63,868 nucleotides of DNA, filler included, from Octopus bimaculoides (GCF_001194135.2; 8 parts of 6 records of this genome joined end to end with filler, not necessarily neighbours in it), one strand, 5' to 3'; positions 1 to 12,873 are shown, numbered from the whole stretch's first letter. Made by a program: numbers and translations. The notes: generated by a model not told the origin, from the sequence alone.

Positions 1-480
1 GGACATTTAATATAAAGATTCTAATTTTCAGATCTAGGTTCCAAATTTTGGGTCAAGTAATAACATATTGTAAATTAAACATAACTGGGCATTTAATATA
101 AAAATTCTAATTTTCAGACCTATGTTCCAAACTTTTGGCTACGACTATATTTTTATTTGTTGGTTGACAATTTTCCTGTTAGAGCTTTATTTCTGTTGTA
201 GCAAACATCCCGAGAACCCTCAGTAGTTAACATTCTAAAAATTTGATTTATCTCTCTGTTAGTTTCATTCTCCGATAGCATTTCTCATTCAACCGTTATC
301 CACACGCAACGTACAACTATTTCGCCTGGCCTGCATTATTTCCACTACTTTCATATATTCTCTAATGGTGACATGGTAATTTGCTCTTTTTAACAGCACC
401 ACGATACAGTGACTACATGTAGAAAACATAGTATTCTCTTTACTTTATTTAGTAACGACAGAGGCAGTATTAACACCGTG

Positions 481-998
481 AGGTAATATTTATCTCCACT
501 GAAACGTAGATGTTCTGTTAGAACAAATTATACAGCAGTAGGTACCATGAGAGAACCTCTCACATTGGCTTTTGATGCAAAATGCACGCTTGTTTATATC
601 GCTTACGGGGAGATAAATCCCCGCTACCTCCAGCGCCGAGATCACCAGATCACGTGGTTTCGGCCTTCCTTGGCCTAATCTTTAACAAGCTCACTGGCTA
701 ATTGTGTCACCAGCGCCTGTTTTGACTCTGTTATTTTATATAGCGCTGGCGGGGAAATGAATCGCTTCTATCTCTAGTAGTCGGACATCTCTCATCGACA
801 AGACCAAGGAAGGTCGAAACCACGTGATCTGGTCTCCCGGTGTTGGAGGTAGCGGGGATTTATCTCCCGGCTAGTGATATAAACAAGAGTGCATCTTGCC
901 CCAAAAGCCAATATGAGAGTTTCTCTCATGGTAACTACCGCAGTATAGCTTGTTCTAACAAGACATCTACGTTTCAATGAGCATAAATATTATCTCCT
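481..998. mobile_element. MITE/foldback element, ~195 bp imperfect inverted arms, ~125 bp spacer
   Basis: 481-675 (aggtaatatttatctcc...ccttccttggcc) is the reverse complement of ~802-998 (gaccaaggaaggtcg...aaatattatctcct) with scattered substitutions; no coding capacity. Confidence 0.8.
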
Positions 999-1640
999 TA
1001 CTTTAATAACTAAAGCCGTCAAAGACATTGCGAATGCTTTGCCTCATTATTTCTGATCTAGCTAATGTTGTTCAGTCAAGCTTCCCAACACGGCTCTTAT
1101 TGAGTTGGCATATGACCATAGACGTCCCATCCAGAAACCATTATGTCATTCACTAGGACTAGTATATCTACGACTGCATTATCAAATGTTTCTTTTAATT
1201 TTAAAACGGTAAATGTTACAATTTGAGGGGGATTAAAACATCTAAGCCATGGCTAAAACTGCATCTCAAACGTTAAGTTTAACTCTTTAATAAGCAGCAG
1301 ATTCTTCAACTATGATCACCTGTTGTCTCCTTCAAAATATACGTGTGATTCCCATTGCAGTATTGCTATCCTATCTGGAACAGTGTTACTGCAGATATCT
1401 GCAACACGCAAACATTTAGCTGCAATAACAACTGGTTACCAGGCCCATTTAAACCTACCCAGTAGATTCATCTCTTCTCATCATATCATCCATACTGTCT
1501 GTTCTATCCACCAAACTGTATAGTACGACTTTCTCTCAATCTTTTCTCTTGCAGAACTGCCTCTCTCTAAACATTCCCATGCTAGTTTTTACTCTATATT
1601 CATCAAGATAAAGTATTTGCAATTGAATATGAATCACATC

Positions 1641-1846
1641 AAGGCGGCGTGATGGCAGAATCGTTAGCACATTGGGTAAAATGTTTAGCGGTATTTCGTC
1701 CGTCTTTACGTTCTAAATTCAAATTCCGTCGAGGTCGACTTTGCTTTCCATCCTTTCGGGATCGATAAAATAACTATCAGTTGAACACTGGGGTCGAGTT
1801 AGCAGCTCCTCACGAACTTGCCGGCCTTGTGCCAAATTTTGAAATC
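1641..1846 (+). mobile_element. tRNA-derived SINE family A, tail type i
   Basis: Box A-like TGGCAGAATCG, box B-like TTCAAATTCC, core GAGGTCGACTTTGCTTTCCATCCTTTCGGGATCGATAAAATAA, tail CCTTGTGCCAAATTTTGAAA; many homologues in the window. Confidence 0.9.
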
Positions 1847-1956
1847 GATATTAATCACGCCAACCTTACTTTTCTGAGAAGGTTTGTAAAAATAATAGCC
1901 ACAACTCCTGCGCTAAATAAACAACAAAATGATATTATGTAAGAGGAGTAAAGAAT

Positions 1957-2153
1957 ATTCTTTTCTACTCTAGGCACAAGACCCGAAATTTTTGGGAACG
2001 GGGCCAGTCAATTAGATCGACCGCAGTACGCAACTGGTACTTAATTTATTGACCCCGAAAATATGAAAGGCAAAGTCGATCTTGGCGGAATTTGAACTCA
2101 GAACGTAAAGGCAGACGCCGGGCGCGCTAACGTTTCTGCCAGCTCGCCGCCTT
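1957..2153 (-). mobile_element. SINE family A, tail type ii, with exact 15 bp TSD
   Basis: Family head and core on minus strand; AGAGGAGTAAAGAAT at 1942-1956 and 2154-2168; short internal deletion downstream of the head. Confidence 0.92.
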
Positions 2154-3794
2154 AGAGGAGTAAAGAATGTCGTTGAAGATGGCACGATAGCTGCAAAGAA
2201 AAAGTGTTGATCTGTAAAATTTATATGTAACTCTATTCTTCTGTCCATGACGTGTGTTTGAATGCTACGTTTTGAAAGGGAGATACATTCATGTTAACCA
2301 CTTTTTTGTATTATGCTTAATAGTCATTAATGTTATTAATACTAGATCTTATTTAAATTCCAGTTTTTCAATAAGTTTAATTCGTTGTCTAAATCAATAT
2401 AATATAAAGTAATAAACATAACGTTATGAAAATATGCAAATTTATCATTTAAAGTAAAAATAACATCACGTTTCTACCATGTGTCCTACGATTTTAGGAT
2501 GACCAGAAGAAAAACTTTAACTATGGCCAATCTTCTCAAAATAAATATTTTAAAAAATCATATTTTAACGCAGACTTTCATAGCATTAAGCGGATGACAC
2601 TATTTTCTTGGTCATTACGCTGATCAATCTCGGGTAACTCTTCCTGCATTAGAAATCAAACGTGGTACTGCAAAGTAATATGCGACTAAAGTTTTTCAGG
2701 GTAGTCGTTGCCTCGGACGATGATGTGTCCCCGGTTCCTGTGAAGCATTGTTTTCAACAGGAATTATATTCCTTACAGTAGACGTTTACAACTAGATAAA
2801 CTGGGCCATTATGACAGATGTGTCTAGCCCACAGATATAATGCAGTGTTGAATACGGATTATGAACCATCGAACTTTCCTTCCTGGGTCACTCTAATAGT
2901 CAATCTACCCTGCCTCCAGATGTGTAGCATTTTGCATAAATCAATATATTGACAAGTACTACATACCGATAGGTGTTCTGTACTCTTGCATTGAGAAAAG
3001 TCCAACCATCAACTACCACCACCACCACCACCAATCCTAATTGCATCATGACTAGGAAACTACAGGCTGTTCCAACAATAAATAAATAAATAAAACGAAA
3101 GAAAGAGATTGGAATAAAACCAGAATCAATCCTTATCTCTATTAATTTCGCTTCTATTTTACATTGAACGAAAACTACCATCTCCTTCACCTCACTATCA
3201 ACGTCACAACAAGAATAACAACAACAACAATAACAAACGCAATAACAACAACAAAATTACCATGGCCCTTACCGTCAACACCACATGCACCACAGCAACA
3301 AAAACACCAGCAAGATCTGTAATTTCGTTTTAATTGGCGTATCAAAAGCAATGATCTTATAAAAGAGATGGAGTGATAGATTTCAGAGAGAGAGCAAATG
3401 ATTGTGTCTAAGTCTTTTACAAGAGCATAATCGGCATTTATGAAATGCGTCAAATATGGCTTATCATCATGGTTTACCTGTATTTCATTTCAACTACTTT
3501 TTCACGTTCATCAGAATAATAATTCTTATTGATAGAATAGGATTCATAGAATCGGTAAAACAGGTGATTGAAGACCGTTTGGTATTTAGTGCAACATTTT
3601 TACGTTTAAAATTTGTTACTGCAAATAGAGAATTTCCTGCATTCATAGAAAAAAGGAAAGAAAAGGAGAACTGATCCGGATGTTTGCAACAGACAGAGTG
3701 GATTCTGCTAAAATTACCTGTGACCGGGAAGTGGTGTTAAGCTGGGTGACTGGTTCAGCATACTACCGAAGAGCTAGATCAGTTTCTTCTTCGG

Positions 3795-3940
3795 GATTCC
3801 ATAGTTTCCATCTACCAAATTTCATTCATAAGCTTTAAGTCAATTCAAGATTACGCTAAAATACAATTACACAAGTAATACATTCATCACATGAGACAGA
3901 AACCAAAACTACTGGAGTTGCAAAGCAAGCTACGCAACTA
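3795..3940 (-). mobile_element. degenerate SINE family B head
   Basis: tttccatctaccaaatttcattcataagcttt...gcaagctacgcaactatgcc resembles the reverse complement of the family B head at 50710-50877. Confidence 0.5.
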
Positions 3941-4189
3941 TGCCTGTGCTTATTTCTGTCAAAAATTAAATTTATCACTGGAGTCATGTACTCGAATTGT
4001 TTTAACCTTTTAGTCAAGATTGAATGCAGTACTTATGACCCTTGGGCTCCACCAATTCTGATACTCAATAATTTTCATAATAACCATTAATATTTTTCTC
4101 CTCGTCAAGACTTGTGTTCGAATGGTGCGCATTAAACAACTTTAACTATGGGGGCAACAACGAACACATAAATTCATTAATATAATATC

Positions 4190-4397
4190 GGTTTCAAATT
4201 TTGGCATAAGGTTAGTAATCTCGGGGAAAGAGGTAAATCGATTACATAGACGCCAGTGGTCAACTGGTGCTTATTTTGTTGACCTTGAAAGGATGAAAGG
4301 CAAAATCGACCCTGGCAGAATTTGAACTCAAAACGTAAAGACGGACGAAATGTCGCTAAGTATTTTGTCCGGCGTTCTAACGATTCTGCCAGCCTTA
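4190..4397 (-). mobile_element. SINE family A, tail type i
   Basis: gtttcaaattttggcataagg...gaatttgaactcaaaacgtaaagacggacgaaatg...cgattctgccagcc. Confidence 0.88.
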
Positions 4398-4879
4398 CAT
4401 TAACATAATATTACAATGCTCTATAAAAATAAAATTATAATAATGTGCCTCAAAAACATTTATAAAGCGTGAAATTTCCGCGGGCCACGTCCATGAAATT
4501 AGCACGCAAAAGAAGAATTTGAACTCACAATGTAAATCTACGTGACTACATAATGTATATCAGTTTACCAAACACTCTACCGACTCTGCAATCATCTGCT
4601 CCGATTTCTAACATAGTTACAAGGCTGCATAGTTCACGAAGAGAGTTTAATTGTCATAGTACACAACAGGTGCTTCATTTATCGATCTCTGGAAGAATGA
4701 AAGACAAAGGTATTCACTCCTTAGACTTTGAACACGGAACATAAATGTAAAAGACAGTAAATAAATATCACAAATTTTAGCTTGATACTCTACTGCTTCT
4801 GTCGGTCAACATTTTATACTCAGTGAAGATTTTTGTATAAGGAAGGGATAATTTGAGATCATTATGCCTATTATAATTT

Positions 4880-5728
4880 TGAAGGAACAGGCAAGTCGAT
4901 TACATCTACTCGTCTCAAATGGTGCTTTATTTTATAGAATCAAAGGGATAAAAGGTATAGTTGACCTCGGCGGCATTTGAACTCAAAGCGTAAAGAACCA
5001 GTAAAAATGCCGCTAAGCGATTTGTCCGATACGGTAACGACCCTGCCAGCCCACCGCCTTAAATAAGTCTACTTTGATAAGACTTTCTACTACAGGCATA
5101 AGCCCTGGAATTTCGGGGAGGGAACAAAACAATGACATCGACCCCAGTGTTCAACCGGTACTTATTTTATCGACCCCGAAAAGATGAAAGGTAGAGTCGA
5201 CCTCAGCAGACTTAGAACTCAGAACGTTAAGACAGACGAAATGCAGCTAAGCGTTTAACCCAACAACTGATCTGCCGTTCAGCCTTTTATAGTTAATATT
5301 CTTTTCTACTCTAGGCACAAGGCCCGAAATTTTTGGGAAGGGGGCCAGTCGATTGGAGCGACTGCAGTACGCAACTGGTACTCAATTTATCGACTCCGAA
5401 AGAATTTCGGAATTCCTCGGCAGAATTTGAACTCAGAACGTTAAGACAGACGAAATACCGCTAAGCATTTCACCCGGCGTACTAGCGTTTCTGCCAGCTC
5501 ACCGCCTTTATTTATTCTTTTCTACTCTAGTCACAAGGCCCGAAATTTTGAGGGAGGGAGCCAGTCGATTAGATCGACCCCAGTATGCAACTGATACTTA
5601 ATTTATCGACTCCAAAAGAATGAAAGATAAAGTCGACCTCAGCAGAACTTGAACTCAGAACGTTAAATCAGACGAAATGCCGCTAAGCATTTCGCTCGGC
5701 GTGCTAACGATCCTGCCGGCTTACCGCC
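4880..5728 (-). mobile_element. four head-to-tail SINE family A copies (4880-5061, 5082-5260, 5298-5506, 5514-5728)
   Basis: Four successive occurrences of gtcgacctc/gttgacctc...gaactca...gctaagc, all on the minus strand; a fifth very decayed copy at ~5760-5850. Confidence 0.88.
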
Positions 5729-6119
5729 TTCAAGTCTATTATAATAATAGTGGTTTATACGACGGATGAAAAGGAAAAGTTATGCCGGATGGGAGTTGAA
5801 CTGATAACGGTGAAATACAAAACTAATGACCAGAAGGGATTTAGTCCGACAACTGATCTGCTGTTCAGCCTTTTATAGTTAATAATGGCTACACCGTAGT
5901 AGCAATAATATCATTTAGTTCAGAATCTAATTCATTTATTATCGCCACAACCACGCGTTGCTTTCCAATGAATGCACGGCTTGCTGAAGACGGGACGTCT
6001 TGGCTACACCTTGCTGTAGAAGAATGCATTCGGTCAACACAGTCTTTCGGCTGTGTATCGATCTTAATGTGTGCTTTGTTAGTTTAGGCGAAAACTGCTT
6101 AATCGATCCGGGAAATGTA

Positions 6120-6775
6120 TACACGTATACACATATCTAAACGCAAACATAAATACACGTATACATACATACATACATACATACATACATACATACATAC
6201 ATACATACATACATACATACATGCGTGTTTCTATACAAATACGTACGTTTCATATATACAGATATACTAGCATAGACATAGTTGCTTATATATATATATA
6301 TACATACACTTTTATTGATGTATACGTCGCCCAGAGTAAAACTAAATTATATACAAATATACTGTCACACATTAGACTCGCATACACATGTATATACACA
6401 CAGATACAAAGCTATTCACAATTACACACACACCTCACAAAAGGAGAGCAAGCAAACAGCTTCTAAGTACGCACACATACATGTATATATAATACATACA
6501 CAGACATATACACATATACACATATGCATTCATACATTCACATACAGACATATCGACGTACAGAGACAAACACATACGCATTAAAGTACAGAGAAATAAG
6601 TTGATACACAAGCATATAGAAGTAGTTATGCACAAATACGTATATGCGTCGACATGACGCTAGACAAACTCGCATACCCGCATAAGCACACATTCTCATA
6701 CACACACATATATACGCACAAGCGCCTAATACATAAACAAATACAATCATTCATATGCAAATATATACATACAAT
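6120..6775. repeat. (CATA)n and degenerate (CA)/(TA) microsatellite tract
   Basis: Perfect catacata run at ~6163-6220 followed by a mixed CA/TA tract. Confidence 0.95.
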
Positions 6776-6980
6776 AAACTGGTAAGGTGCCTACGTGATC
6801 GACAAGCTAGAAATAGCAACGAAAGCCCTCTGAATAATATTCTATCGTTTTTCTTTTAAGGGTGCATATTGAATCATGCAGTCTTAAGTAATAGTTATAT
6901 GGTTGGAACGCTTTTCCCTACGAGCCTACTTGGTCGAGGCTGTAGTGGGGAAAGAGAAAACAAAGACGAGAGCAACTCTA

Positions 6981-7130
6981 AGAAGTTTGCTTCCCAACCA
7001 TATGGTTCCGCGTTCAGTTTTACTACGTGGCACCTTAAGCAAATGTGTTTTACTATAGTGTCGGACCGACCAAAACCCTGTGAACGGATTGGATAGGCAG
7101 AAACGGAAACTGAAAAGAAGCCATTTGTAT
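6981..7130 (+). mobile_element. SINE family B head, running into a gap
   Basis: aagaagtttgcttcccaaccatatggttccgcgttcagtt...ggcaccttaagcaaatgtg...gaaactgaaaagaagcc. Confidence 0.8.
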
Positions 7131-7729
7131 NNNNNNNNNNNNNNNNNNNNNNNNNNNNNNNNNNNNNNNNNNNNNNNNNNNNNNNNNNNNNNNNNNNNNN
7201 NNNNNNNNNNNNNNNNNNNNNNNNNNNNNNNNNNNNNNNNNNNNNNNNNNNNNNNNNNNNNNNNNNNNNNNNNNNNNNNNNNNNNNNNNNNNNNNNNNNN
7301 NNNNNNNNNNNNNNNNNNNNNNNNNNNNNNNNNNNNNNNNNNNNNNNNNNNNNNNNNNNNNNNNNNNNNNNNNNNNNNNNNNNNNNNNNNNNNNNNNNNN
7401 NNNNNNNNNNNNNTACTTGGAGACAGTGCGTGGCGTTCGATCATAAATAATATATAATTATATGCATATATCCATACATATATGTACATAACTACATCTA
7501 TATGTATACATACATGCATATATGGCTACAGGGCATCACAAAAAACGTTAAATACAACGAGAAACGAAAACATAAAGATGAAGACAGAAAACGAACTTTT
7601 TTTCGATCAACGAAAAAAAAAAACAGAGAAACGAGACATGCAACATGAAGAATATTTCCCTTCTTCAGTAGTCCCTGTTCCATCTTCTTCGCGTTTCGAA
7701 GGCAAGGACAATACGCGACTTCGTTGAAG

Positions 7730-7807
7730 CAGTCCTTCCCGTTGGAACAGTCCTTCCCGTTGGAACAGTCCTTCCCGTTGGAACAGTCCTTCCCGTTGGA
7801 ACAGTCC
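7730..7807. repeat. perfect 18 bp minisatellite, 4.3 copies
   Basis: CAGTCCTTCCCGTTGGAA x4 plus CAGTCC. Confidence 0.97.
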
Positions 7808-7819
7808 ATCTTGAGAAAA

Positions 7820-7960
7820 ACTCTTCATTTCACGTTGCTCCAGTCCACTCGGCTGGCAAAAACGAGTAATCCTACGACGGACCGGCATCCCGTCCAGTTG
7901 GGCAGCATTTACGCCATGGAAGCCGGGAAACCGGGAAACCGGCCCTTATGAGTCGGAATG
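7820..7960 (+). mobile_element. SINE family C fragment (V-domain-like central region)
   Basis: tttcacgttgctccagtccactcggctggcaaaa is also found at 35070-35110; cgacggaccggcatcccgtccag resembles the V-SINE-type core from memory. Confidence 0.5.
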
Positions 7961-8930
7961 AATTGAGAAGGTAACTTTACTTACTTTATACTTACCTTGA
8001 TGAGGTAATGATCAGATAAGTACATGGTGTCATAAACTGCAATGAGAAAATGTTATGTTTCATCAGGTCTACAGAAACGCCGTACTGCTTGCTGCTGTCA
8101 CTATTGTTGTCTTCATCATTTAGGTCCAAGTGAAATCTTATCAAGCTTGGTGTATCTAGAACTATATTATCCAATGTCTTCCATCTTTTAACACCTACTC
8201 TGTTTTTTTTTTTAAGAAAAGGTGAAGGCATTGGATAATGTAATACTAGATACGTTTAGTGTGGGAGATTTGGCTGCTATTTCTCCTAGCCTAAAGCGTG
8301 AAAACGTCATTGTTAGCTGATGGCGCGTCAGTCATAGACAGAGGGGGAAGGTGAAGAGATTAACTTAAACAAGCAATTCGCAACGACAAATATTTCGGTA
8401 TTTGAGTCAGCAGTGTGTAGTAGATGCGGAATGATTCAAAGGGACAGTAACTCAAAGACGACGACGACAACGACGACGACGACGACAGCAGCAGTAGCAG
8501 CAACAACAACAAAAAGAACAACAACAAGAAACAACAACAACGGTAACAATATCAACGGCATGCCAACCATGACAAACCAACCTTTTTTCCTCACGTAGTA
8601 ATTATGGTGGATGATATTACATTAAAGACACTGGTTGGGTAAGGTTGGAACAATGCAAGATGAAATATAAAGTAAAGGTAAATTATATAAATAAAACAAA
8701 GTTGGGGACTTACTTTATATTTCTATATTTTGGGATTATGATCCCTTTTCCAGGGATCATAACCCCGAGGTGCAGTATCCTACACGCAATCGATCGATGC
8801 AGGATGGGTCGAAACGATTGTTGTGAGCAATAAAGCTTCTTGTACATTTCAATTTCCGTTTCTATCATTTGTTTTATATATANNNNNNNNNNNNNNNNNN
8901 NNNNNNNNNNNNTATATATATATATATATG

Positions 8931-9144
8931 AAGAAATGGAGCTAAACGCAGGTGTTATTAAAATTTGTATACTTCCTACACATGTTTCGAAGATGTGTTT
9001 TGTTTCTCGTCTTTTCCCTGTTGAGAAGATCGCATTGTTTTACATTATTTTATTACCTCTGGAATAATACCAATATTTTTTTTTCTTCGAAACACGTCGA
9101 AAGTAGAAAGATTTGAATAACACCTGCGTTTAACTCCATTTCTT
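8931..9144. mobile_element. small inverted-repeat element, ~60 bp arms, with outward-facing CGAAAC-palindrome motifs
   Basis: aagaaatggagctaaacgcaggtgttattaaaat pairs with atttgaataacacctgcgtttaactccatttctt; inner catgtttcgaaga pairs with tcttcgaaacacgtc. Confidence 0.8.
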
Positions 9145-9572
9145 TATTTATCTGTCTATATAAAAACATTTCACTAAACTCTGAAATTTCTACCTTTATA
9201 AGTAGGCTGTAACATCCTTGGTACTTATGTAAATATTTTACTACCCTGGTAACTATTCATTTTTTCTGTGTTATTTGTACACATTGAAAAATACATACAT
9301 ACACACACACACGCACGCACACCACACACACACACATATATATGTGTGTGTGTGTATATGTATATATATATTTATATGTGTGTGAGTGTATATATATATA
9401 TATATATATCTGTGTGTCTGAATTGATTAGGTGCAGGGCTCGTTGGAATCTAGGCATATCAACTAATAGGACGCATGGATTGGCTGGGTGCTCAGTAACT
9501 TAGTACTGAGTTCAGAGTGAGGAAAAACAACTATCAGTTGAAACTTGTTGGTAGTATTGTATAGGTATGTAA

Positions 9573-9610
<38 letters not shown>

Positions 9611-9746
9611 CCGCGCGTGCGAGTACATGCTTAATACATAATACAAGTGAAGGTATGTCGGAAGAAAGTAATTCAACAACGCGGGTTGATGAACCGTAAG
9701 ACGTGTGGCCAGAACCTCCTGGGAAATAACCATAGCGAGGGACATT

Positions 9747-9846
9747 NNNNNNNNNNNNNNNNNNNNNNNNNNNNNNNNNNNNNNNNNNNNTTAATTAATT
9801 AANNNNNNNNNNNNNNNNNNNNNNNNNNNNNNNNNNNNNNNNNNNN
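9747..9846. other. artificial scaffold spacer 44N-TTAATTAATTAA-44N
   Basis: The same 12-mer, with stops in all six frames, is embedded in Ns at 9791, 23892, 38051, 48152, 59288, 61345 and 62760. Confidence 0.95.
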
Positions 9847-10059
9847 AAATTTAGAAATTTTCAGTATGTTGGAGAAGCAACTCAATGCTAATCCCTGTAT
9901 ATTTATGATTATATATATATATATATATACAAATATGCATGAATGTATTGACTCCAGTTTATAATTGGTGTTTATTTTACTGATCCTGGTTTCGTAAGCA
10001 GCAATGTCGTTGTGACATAAACAAACGTCACTTAATAGCATTAGTTGCATAATACATCC

Positions 10060-10880
10060 CGACAATATTCCCGGCCATGTCCAATCAAATATTTGAAACT
10101 ATGGAATGAGCAGCGATGAATGCATATATTTCGTTTAGTTTGTGTTCTATGTGTAATTTTAGGATGTTGTTTTCAATATATGTCTGTTCAGGTCTTGTGT
10201 TATTCATATTATATTATTTGAGCTTATTATAGCGATATAAGGTGTAGTGTGACCATTGTTGGTGGCTGTGATGATGCTCCTTGTAACACTGTATAGTGTT
10301 TAAAGTTAGAGTTGTGGCTTATGCGAGAATCATATATTTACCATTTCTTCTGTTTATCTATGATTTCTTTCCGTGTTTAGTTGTTTGATTCTGAGATTTA
10401 TTTCAGTTTTGAGTGTTTTTAGTTTATTGTGTTTGAGATTGACTTCGGTATTTATGATGTTGACTATATCTGGCGAATAAATACGTTTGTATTTTTATGT
10501 TGCCATGTTTTGATGCTTCCATAATTGTTGCATTGAATATGTGGGTGCATGCGCTGCAGTGTCTATACTGATGAAAAAGATGTTGATGAATGCTGAAAAG
10601 TCTTATTTCTATTTCATGAAGAAACTTGTCCCACTGTGCTTTATTTCTTTCTCTTCGTGTATAAAAGTGTTTTTTCCTTCTTTATTTGATGTGTGAGTGT
10701 ATTATGATGATAATTCACAGGTGATCTGAATAAATCTTTGCTAAATGTTTGTGATAACAACTAGTAGTGAAGCGTAGATTGTGACATTTTGGAAAATGTT
10801 TTCACTAAGTTGTTGAGGTACGTGTGTTGGTGTGGATTGTTTAGGATGTAAAGGGAAGTCAGTTATGATGTTATTACATT
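10060..10880 (-). pseudogene. decayed LINE ORF2 fragment (end of APE endonuclease plus linker), I/Nimb-like
   Basis: Minus-strand frames give ...STPTHVP... then YSDHL*IIII...KAQWDKFLHEIE (SDHLPI-type APE motif plus the KxxWxKF linker); many stops and frameshifts; A-rich sense strand. Confidence 0.55.
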
Positions 10881-10959
10881 TTTTGCCTTTTTGTACCATT
10901 TGAAAAACACAATATTTTTGGGTGCAATCAATGCGATTTCAATGATGTGTATAAACTGA

Positions 10960-11220
10960 TAAAGTTAACCTTGGTGGGATTTGAACTCAGAGCGTAAAGC
11001 GAAGTAACAATTACTGCTACAGATTTTTTTCTGAAGGCTCTTAATGGTTTCTGATTTAGACACAAGGACAGCATTTTTGACTGATATTTTATTTTATCGA
11101 AGCCAAAAACAAATACGATCTGCAAAGTTGATCTCAGCAGGGTTTCATCTCAGAACTTAAAGAGCTGGAACAAAAATTGCAAAGCATTTTTCCGACGCTC
11201 TAATGATTCTACTAACCGAC
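10960..11220 (-). mobile_element. two decayed SINE family A fragments
   Basis: gataaagttaaccttggtgggatttgaactcagagcgtaaag and tattttatcga...agttgatctcagcagggtttcatctcagaac...aatgattctac. Confidence 0.65.
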
Positions 11221-11629
11221 CACCAAAGAATTAAACTTCAAGCGTTTCAACCCTTGTGATTTAAGGATTATTTCGATACCATTTCTTTGTTGGTCGAGCG
11301 ATTTAAATTAGAGAGTCTCTCGCTGGTATGTTGGCGCAAAGTGTGGTTGTTGTTATTGCAGTTCTAACGACCAGCGTGTTTGTCCTTGAAATTGTTATTG
11401 CTGTGTTGGTGGCGGCGGTTGTCGTTATCGTATTGCGAGGTGCTTTATAAATTATCCGAAACACAAACATATTTCCCTGAAAAATTCACAAACACAACGG
11501 CATACAAACATATACATACATATATACATATACACATATATACAAACGCGCAGGTACATATACACACATTAAGATTTTTTATAGGAATTCCAGATACAAG
11601 CACTTAATATTTAGATGTATCTCATCCCT

Positions 11630-11749
11630 TTATCTTTCGCTCTCTCTCTCTCTCTCTCTCACTTTATCTCTCTCTCTCTCTTTCTCTCTCTTTCTTTCTC
11701 TCACTTTCTCTCCTTTTCTTTTTCTCTCTCTTTCTCTTTCTTTCTCTAC

Positions 11750-11821
<72 letters not shown>

Positions 11822-11990
11822 ATGTATATATATATATATATACATATGTGTGTATGTATGTGCCACTGTGTGTGAATGTGTGTACCTGTGTGTGTATGTG
11901 CCTGTCTGTGTGTACGTATTCCTATATAACACTAAATGTGTATACATATATATATATATAAGCATGCATGCATACAAACAAATATACTTC
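11630..11990. repeat. compound (CT)n-(TA)n-(TG)n microsatellite
   Basis: Directly visible. Confidence 0.95.
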
Positions 11991-12424
11991 AACAGGTCTG
12001 AATAAAATATCTACTAATTTTTATCTTCAACATTCGCAAGACCACTGACACTAACCATAATGTCAACAAGCAACTATAAGAAATGCAAGCGAAATCTCTC
12101 TTCTACATACATACTGAAATACAATTTTATTTCTTATAGCTACCCATAGAATAATAATGTGATATGGAAAACATCCACCGATTTGGGTTTGAAAGAGAAG
12201 AGACACGGCTCTGCTAAGGTTGAGTTGGTAGGTGGTAGTTTGTAGACGGGCAATTAAATGTTTTGCTGACCTTGTTGATGTTGACGATGTTGATGTTAGA
12301 TAAATTCAATTGATCCCTGTTCTAAGTTCATATGCACCGTAAATTACTTTGGCAGCGAATCGCATTATCAATGATACATAAGAAAGAAAGATAGGAATTA
12401 ATATACCAATAATCCACAGGCAGA

Positions 12425-12467
<43 letters not shown>

Positions 12468-12825
12468 TGCTACGTGCTTGATGTGACACACACACACACA
12501 CACATATATTTTGCATTTCAAAATGTAACCACATGTGAATCGTTGGTGACTTTTTTTCCTACGTCTTCCTTTTCTATTGGAATTTCCTCTGTTTCTGAAT
12601 AAGAGCTTTGCTCGAAACGTTAAACCATCTTTGTTTCCCTGCGAAATTTTGACTGCTTCTTTTTTCTCAATATACAATATATGTACACCACTTCAAACAC
12701 TTTATACATACATACATACATACATACATACATTCATATATATNNNNNNNNNNNNNNNNNNNNNNNNNNNNNNNNNNNNNNNNNNNNNNNNNNNNNNNNN
12801 NNNNNNNNNNNNNNNNNNNNNNNNN

Positions 12826-12873
<48 letters not shown>

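Noticed and set aside
2-138. ~50 bp diverged direct repeat with ~87 bp period at the window start
   Set aside because: Real but truncated by the window edge; cannot be interpreted beyond a local tandem duplication
7730-7807. Possible CRISPR-like array (also 50115-50168 and 13317-13383)
   Set aside because: Contiguous tandem units with no unique spacers, eukaryotic context, no cas genes
7607-7951. Repetitive peptides QSFPLE, QREGLF and DCSNGK
   Set aside because: They are translations of the 18 bp minisatellite in different frames; no flanking coding evidence
9791-9802. Palindromic TTAATTAATTAA repeated seven times in the window
   Set aside because: Always centred in 44N+44N; an artificial six-frame-stop scaffold spacer, not biology
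11615-12005. ORFs rich in YI, CV, HT or SL dipeptides throughout the window
   Set aside because: Translations of (TA)n, (TG)n, (CA)n and (CT)n; no coding signal
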